Shown: piece after piece, positions 59,230 through 64,000 of the stretch
Layout: every line of letters starts with the position of its first letter
Numbering within the stretch: the stretch's first letter is position 1
From: Bispira polyomma
Lineage: Eukaryota
Assembly (NCBI GenBank): GCA_965649765.1
Contig: OZ287758.1
Coordinates: 19,716,001 to 19,780,000, forward strand
Direction: 5' to 3'
DNA length: 64,000 nt
Notes under the pieces: generated by a model
What the model was told of the DNA's origin: nothing
The model's input: only the letters and a program-made list of their open reading frames with translations
Database searches by the model: none
Position numbers and translations under genes: made by a program

Positions 59230-62200
59230 GCAATGTATACTGCAATGCAATACCACCTGGAAGAAAATAATTTGTCCTGCCATCCGGTCCCACATTTCTG
59301 GTCTCTTCATACACACAGTTACTCCCGGTCTAAATTTTGCCCAATCAATTACCCACAAAAGGCTAGTTCATTCAAACTTATTACAATCCTACTGGCAGGT
59401 GATATCGCTAGCAACCCTCGCCCAATCCAGTTCGGATTTGGAAATGCCCGCTCATTGCGGAATAAAGGCCCGGTCATAGCCGATTTAATCGACTCATCCT
59501 CCATAGATATTTTCGGCATCACAGAAACACACATTAGGAGTTCTGATACTCCATCATTCCTCTCTGAACTTACCCCAGCTGACTTTCAGCTATTCCATAC
59601 CCCTCGTGTAGGTAAACAGGGTGGGGGGATGGGATTTTTTATTAACAAAAACTATGAATGTCGATTAGTTGCTACGCCAAGTTTTACATCTTTCGAACTC
59701 ATCCTTGTCTCTGGTCACTGGAAAAACCACTGTTTAAATTTTGCAACAGTTTATCGGCCTCCTGGCTCAAATCTCACTACTTTTTTCAAAGAATTCATGT
59801 CTTTTGTTGGGTTTACTTGCTCGTTACCCTCTCCTACTGTATTCTGTGGGGATTTTAATATTCACATAGACACCGCATCTGGAAATAGTAATCGGTTTTT
59901 CACAGTTCTGGAATCTTGCAATCTCATCCAACACATAAACTTCCCTACCCATATTCATGGGCATACACTAGACTGCTTGCTAACTCCGACTGATTTCAAT
60001 AGTATCAGAAACATAAAAAAACATTGGTTGCATCAGTGATCATTTTTCAATATCCTGTGAAATTGATGCTCCCTCCCCACCATCTTTTGATGTCACACAA
60101 ATCACTTTTCGGCAATTTCAAAAAATCAATATGTCTGACCTTAGACGAGAGTTGGCAGATACGGCCTTCGTCAAGTCTCCTGCTAATAATGCCACTGACC
60201 TATACACACAGTACTGTGCTGACCTGCTGTCTCTTGTAGAACGCCATGCGCCATGTAAATCAAAGACATTCAAGAAGCCGGCACCTGAGTGGATCACCAG
60301 TAATTATCGTGAAATGAAGATGTTGCGCAGACAAGCCGAACGAACATTGCGCCGAAACAAAACTACTACAAATAGATCTAGGCTACGCCAATGGATCACC
60401 CGGTGCAACAACACTATAAATGACTCAAAACGTGCCTACTATGCCAACATGATATCACAAAGCAAGGGTAACCCGAAGAAACTTTGGCAAAAACTAAATA
60501 GCACCCTCCACCGTAAAAAACAGACTATACTACCCGAAAATTGCAATAGCAAATCACTGGCAAACATTTTTAGTACTTTTTTTCACTGATAAAATTACCA
60601 GAATCCGTGACGGTTTTACATTAGCCGCCACAAATGCCCCTTTACCAACAGCTCCACCAACCTTCAACTGTTTCTCCGCAGTAACTGTTGATGAAGTCAG
60701 GAAAATTATACTGGCATCACCCGTAAAATCTTGCTTGCTAGATCCGTGGCCCACATTCCTTGTCAAAGAATGTATTGACATTTTATTGCCCTCAATCACA
60801 AAACTTATCAACCTCTCGTTGGTAAATGGCGTCTTTCCAGATGATTTTAAAAAGGCCATTGTCACTCCTTTAATAAAAAAACCTTCTCTTCCAAAGGCTG
60901 ACTTGAAAAATTACCGTCCTGTGTCAGGCCTTTGCTATATCTCTAAGTTGGTAGAACGTGCGGTTGCCTTACAGATCAAACAACATGTTGACGTCAGCAA
61001 TCTGTCCAATAAGTATCAGTCAGCGTACAAAAGTGGTCATTCTACTGAGACTGCACTTCTCTGCATCAAAAATGATGTTCATACATCTTTATCCAAAGGT
61101 ATGCCTACTGCCTTAGTACTGCTGGATCTGTCAGCAGCCTTTGATACTTTTGATCACAAAGTTCTTCTTGAGTGCCTATCGTCTTGGTTCGGTATCAGCG
61201 GTATGGCGCTTAAGTGGTTCACAGCATATTTGTCTGATAGATTCCAATCAGTCAAAATTGGCAATATCTTATCCGACCCAACATGGTTAAAATTTGGTGT
61301 TCCCACTCCACTCAGCAAGATTATTGCTGCATACAAAAACATAAACTTTCACTTCTATGCTGATGATACCCAACTGTACATCCACCTTACACCTGACTCT
61401 GCCGAGGCAGCTTTCACTTCCTTACAGAACTGCCTTGTTGATGTACAACACTGGATGGCAGCAAATAAACTCAAGCTGAACCCTGAGAAGACTGAGTTTA
61501 TTTTGTTTGGCTCCAAGTCGCAACGGGAAAAATTGTCCAGCTGTTTTCCACTTGACATTCTTGGCAGCAGGTTTTTTCCAGCTGACAAAGTACGAAACCT
61601 GGGTGTGGTGTTCGACTCTGAATTCTCCTTTTCTAACCATGTCACATCTGTGTGTAGATCATATTTTTTTGGCCTCCGTGATTTCAGGCGGATTCGACGC
61701 TATCTTTCCAAATCCACTGCAATCACTGTTGCCAATGCTTTGGTCAGCAGCAGGCTTGATTACTGCAACTCTCTGTTCCATTCCTTATCTCGTAGTGATC
61801 TCAGACGCCTTCAGAATATCCAACACTCATTGGCACATATTGTGACCAAAACTTCTTTTCCCACATTACTCCTGTACTCAAGTCACTGCACTGGCTCCCA
61901 ATAAATATCGTGTTGCTTTCAAAACAGCAACAATAATATATAAATTTCTAAATTCTGGATTACCCACTTATTTTAGCCCCCATCTATCCAAATATACATG
62001 CTCAGTCAGGACAAGGCGCAGTAACCCTGATAAATTATACCTTAACATTCCCACTTTTCGACCCCTCGAGCATCCACAAATCCAAAGTTCAGTTCAATCA
62101 CTGCCTAGCTCATGATGGCCCCCTCATTTGGAACAGCCTACCTGATCATGTTCGCCTGGCTCAAACTTTCTCCTCTTTCAGGAGTAAGCTGAAGGCCTAT

Positions 62201-62387
62201 CTTTTTGAACAGGCTTTTCCACCTTAGCCGTCGGAACCATTTACGGTAGTCTCCCTGGTTACGACTTCCATCCGCCCACTATTTTTGATTTTCGATTAAC
62301 GTTTTGGGTTTGTTGCGCCTTAGAATTTGTTGTATAAAGATTAAGCGCTATAAAAGTACGACTAGATTAGATTAGATTATTAGATTA
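59230..62387 (+). mobile_element. L2/CR1-group LINE with near-complete ORF2 (APE endonuclease and RT), frameshifted, intronic
   Basis: NARSL, ITETH, VYRPP, GDFN, HTLD, NYRPVS, LLDLSAAFDT and FYADDTQ. The QGS motif is deleted (GVP-TPL). (TAGAT)n tail and possible TSD GTATAT (59224-59229 / 62388-62393). Confidence 0.95.
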
Positions 62388-62619
62388 GTATATAGAATAG
62401 AATTACAGGCTAAAACCAGTCAAACACTCAGAGACAGCTTGGAAATAGTACAGACTAAAGCAGTCAAATATTAAGGGACAACTGGGAAATAGCACAAATT
62501 AAAACCAGTCAAATACTTAAATTTATTTAATATTCTGAGACCTATATGATCCTGTATTTGGATGGTTTCAAAGTATCATATGTATGTACTTGTGTATATG
62601 TATAGTGTTTGTATTTCAG

Positions 62620-62769
62620 GATATGCTCAGTCTAATGCTGTGGGTTTCACAGCCACAATGGAGTCTAGTCAGTCCACAGATAACACAGTGCTTCTCTTTA
62701 CAAGGATGGTTGTCAACTATAACAACAACTACAACCCGGTAAATGGAGTGTTCACGTGTCCAGTCACAG
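62620..62769 (+). CDS. C1q-domain gene 2, exon with the first half of the C1q domain
   Basis: TATTTCAG acceptor, YAQSNAVGFTA..VLLF..MVVNYNNNYNPVNGVFTCPVT, and CAG|GTTAGT donor. Confidence 0.88.
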
Positions 62770-63004
62770 GTTAGTGTGTTAGAGGGTTTTACACCTTGAC
62801 ATATTTACATATAAAAGAAAGAGTCTGTGAATAAAAACAAAACTAAGGAAGAAAGAGAGCTTATCATCATAGGACAACAAGATGTTTCTGTATATTAACT
62901 TAAAATTCATGTGTTATGCTACTGATATTGGCCATAGGCCATGTCCAATTATGTCTCAAAAAAGTTAAAAAAAAAAATCCGAATTAATAAGTATTGGATT
63001 AATT

Positions 63005-63330
63005 TTTGACCGAATTCACACAATTCCATTGGCTACCTATCAAGTACCACATCATCTTTAAGGCCAATGTCACTACATTCAAAGCTGTCAACTTTTGCCA
63101 GCTCTGTATCTTGCCTCATTGCTGTCTTTTTAGCAAACTTACCAGTAGAAACAGAATGTTAGTCTCTGTTACCATAATTAGGAATCGGTCAGGGTCCTAT
63201 GTCTTTCCTGTTTCAGCACCAACCTTACAATTTCCAGCACCAACATGGAACAATTTACTAGCCAATATAAGATCACAGAAAACCTCTCTGGTTTAGAAGC
63301 AACCTTAACACCCATCTCTTCCCCTCTCTT
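63005..63330 (+). mobile_element. Decayed L2-group LINE 3' fragment
   Basis: HWLPIKYHIIFK and APTWNNL; resembles 32940-33140. Confidence 0.7.
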
Positions 63331-63371
63331 CCCCTCTATAGACATCATTTTCTTTAGTAGACTCTGTACTG

Positions 63372-63626
63372 CTGTAGTCCTGCTCACTGTGTTTTAGGCA
63401 TGTACTACACCTCTGTGACTGTATCTAAGGAGTGTTGTTCTACAGACCATGGCACTGTGGTCCTATTCACTGTGTTTTAGGCATGTACTACATCTTTGTG
63501 TATCTAAGGAGTGTTGCTCTACAGACCATGGCACTGTAGTCCTGTTCACTGTGTTTTAGGCATGTACTACACCTCTGTGGCTGTATCTAAGGAGTGTTGC
63601 TCTACAGACCATGGTACTGTGGTCCT
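63372..63626 (+). repeat. Triplicated ~83-bp unit spanning a splice acceptor and exon start
   Basis: TCACTGTGTTTTAG|GCATGTACTAC.. occurs three times, with exon starts at 63398, 63481 and 63560. Confidence 0.93.
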
Positions 63627-63819
63627 GGTAGTCGATGGTGTGTGGCAGTATGGGCTATATGTACGGGACCCTGACCATACAGAGACAGTGTCAGCAGGGG
63701 GAGTGGTCCAGTGTAACAAAGAAAGTCAGATCTGGGTACAAGGGACTGGACCTGGAGGGGTGTATCCAGGAGTGACTGGCATGGACTCAGTGTTTTCTGT
63801 CTTCTTTGTCACTGCCTGA
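63560..63819 (+). CDS. C1q-domain gene 2, terminal exon (second half of C1q domain)
   Basis: Phase 1: GMYYTSV..VVQCNKESQIWV..SVFSVFFVTA*, completing FTCPVT-GMYY. AATAAA at 63870-63875. Confidence 0.88.
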
Positions 63820-64000
63820 TAACGTATATATCTACTTTGTCTGATAAATCTTGTAGAGTGTGACATTGTAATAAAATCACAAGAACTGGGCACACAGGTA
63901 TCTTTGAATGAAAACTTAGTGCATGGGATTCAATGCGGACACATTTTAGTAATTTGGGCAATACATGTTCAGCAGAGTTCATTTAGCCTAGTCTTCCTTT

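Overview
AT-rich, intron-containing eukaryotic DNA, probably from an invertebrate such as a mollusc or other lophotrochozoan (inferred from the C1q-domain genes and the SINE/LINE set). Most of the window is decayed mobile DNA: L2/CR1-group LINEs, a Tx1/L1-like LINE, several DIRS/Ngaro-type tyrosine-recombinase retrotransposons, an Academ-like and Harbinger-like DNA transposons, tRNA-derived SINEs and many minisatellites. Four + strand, multi-exon host genes sit among the repeats. Two are secreted C1q-domain genes (about 52.6-54.3 kb and 58.4-63.8 kb). The other two are a pair of small paralogues that the ORF track does not show as genes: exons 9137-9369 + 21262-21402, and exons 40085-40144 + 40817-41049 + 41574-41714. 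Their core exons have identical lengths (233 and 141 nt) and phases and are about 30% identical in protein. Both have terminal cysteines and an 'LR(I/V)E(L/I)C*' end, suggesting a divergent discoidin/galactose-binding-like secreted family. The first paralogue has an 11.9-kb intron holding a resolvable four-level nest (minisatellite > Tx1 LINE > Academ > L2-type tail). Tandem duplications repeatedly coincide with splice sites or stop codons of these host genes. No bacterial features and no CRISPR arrays were found.
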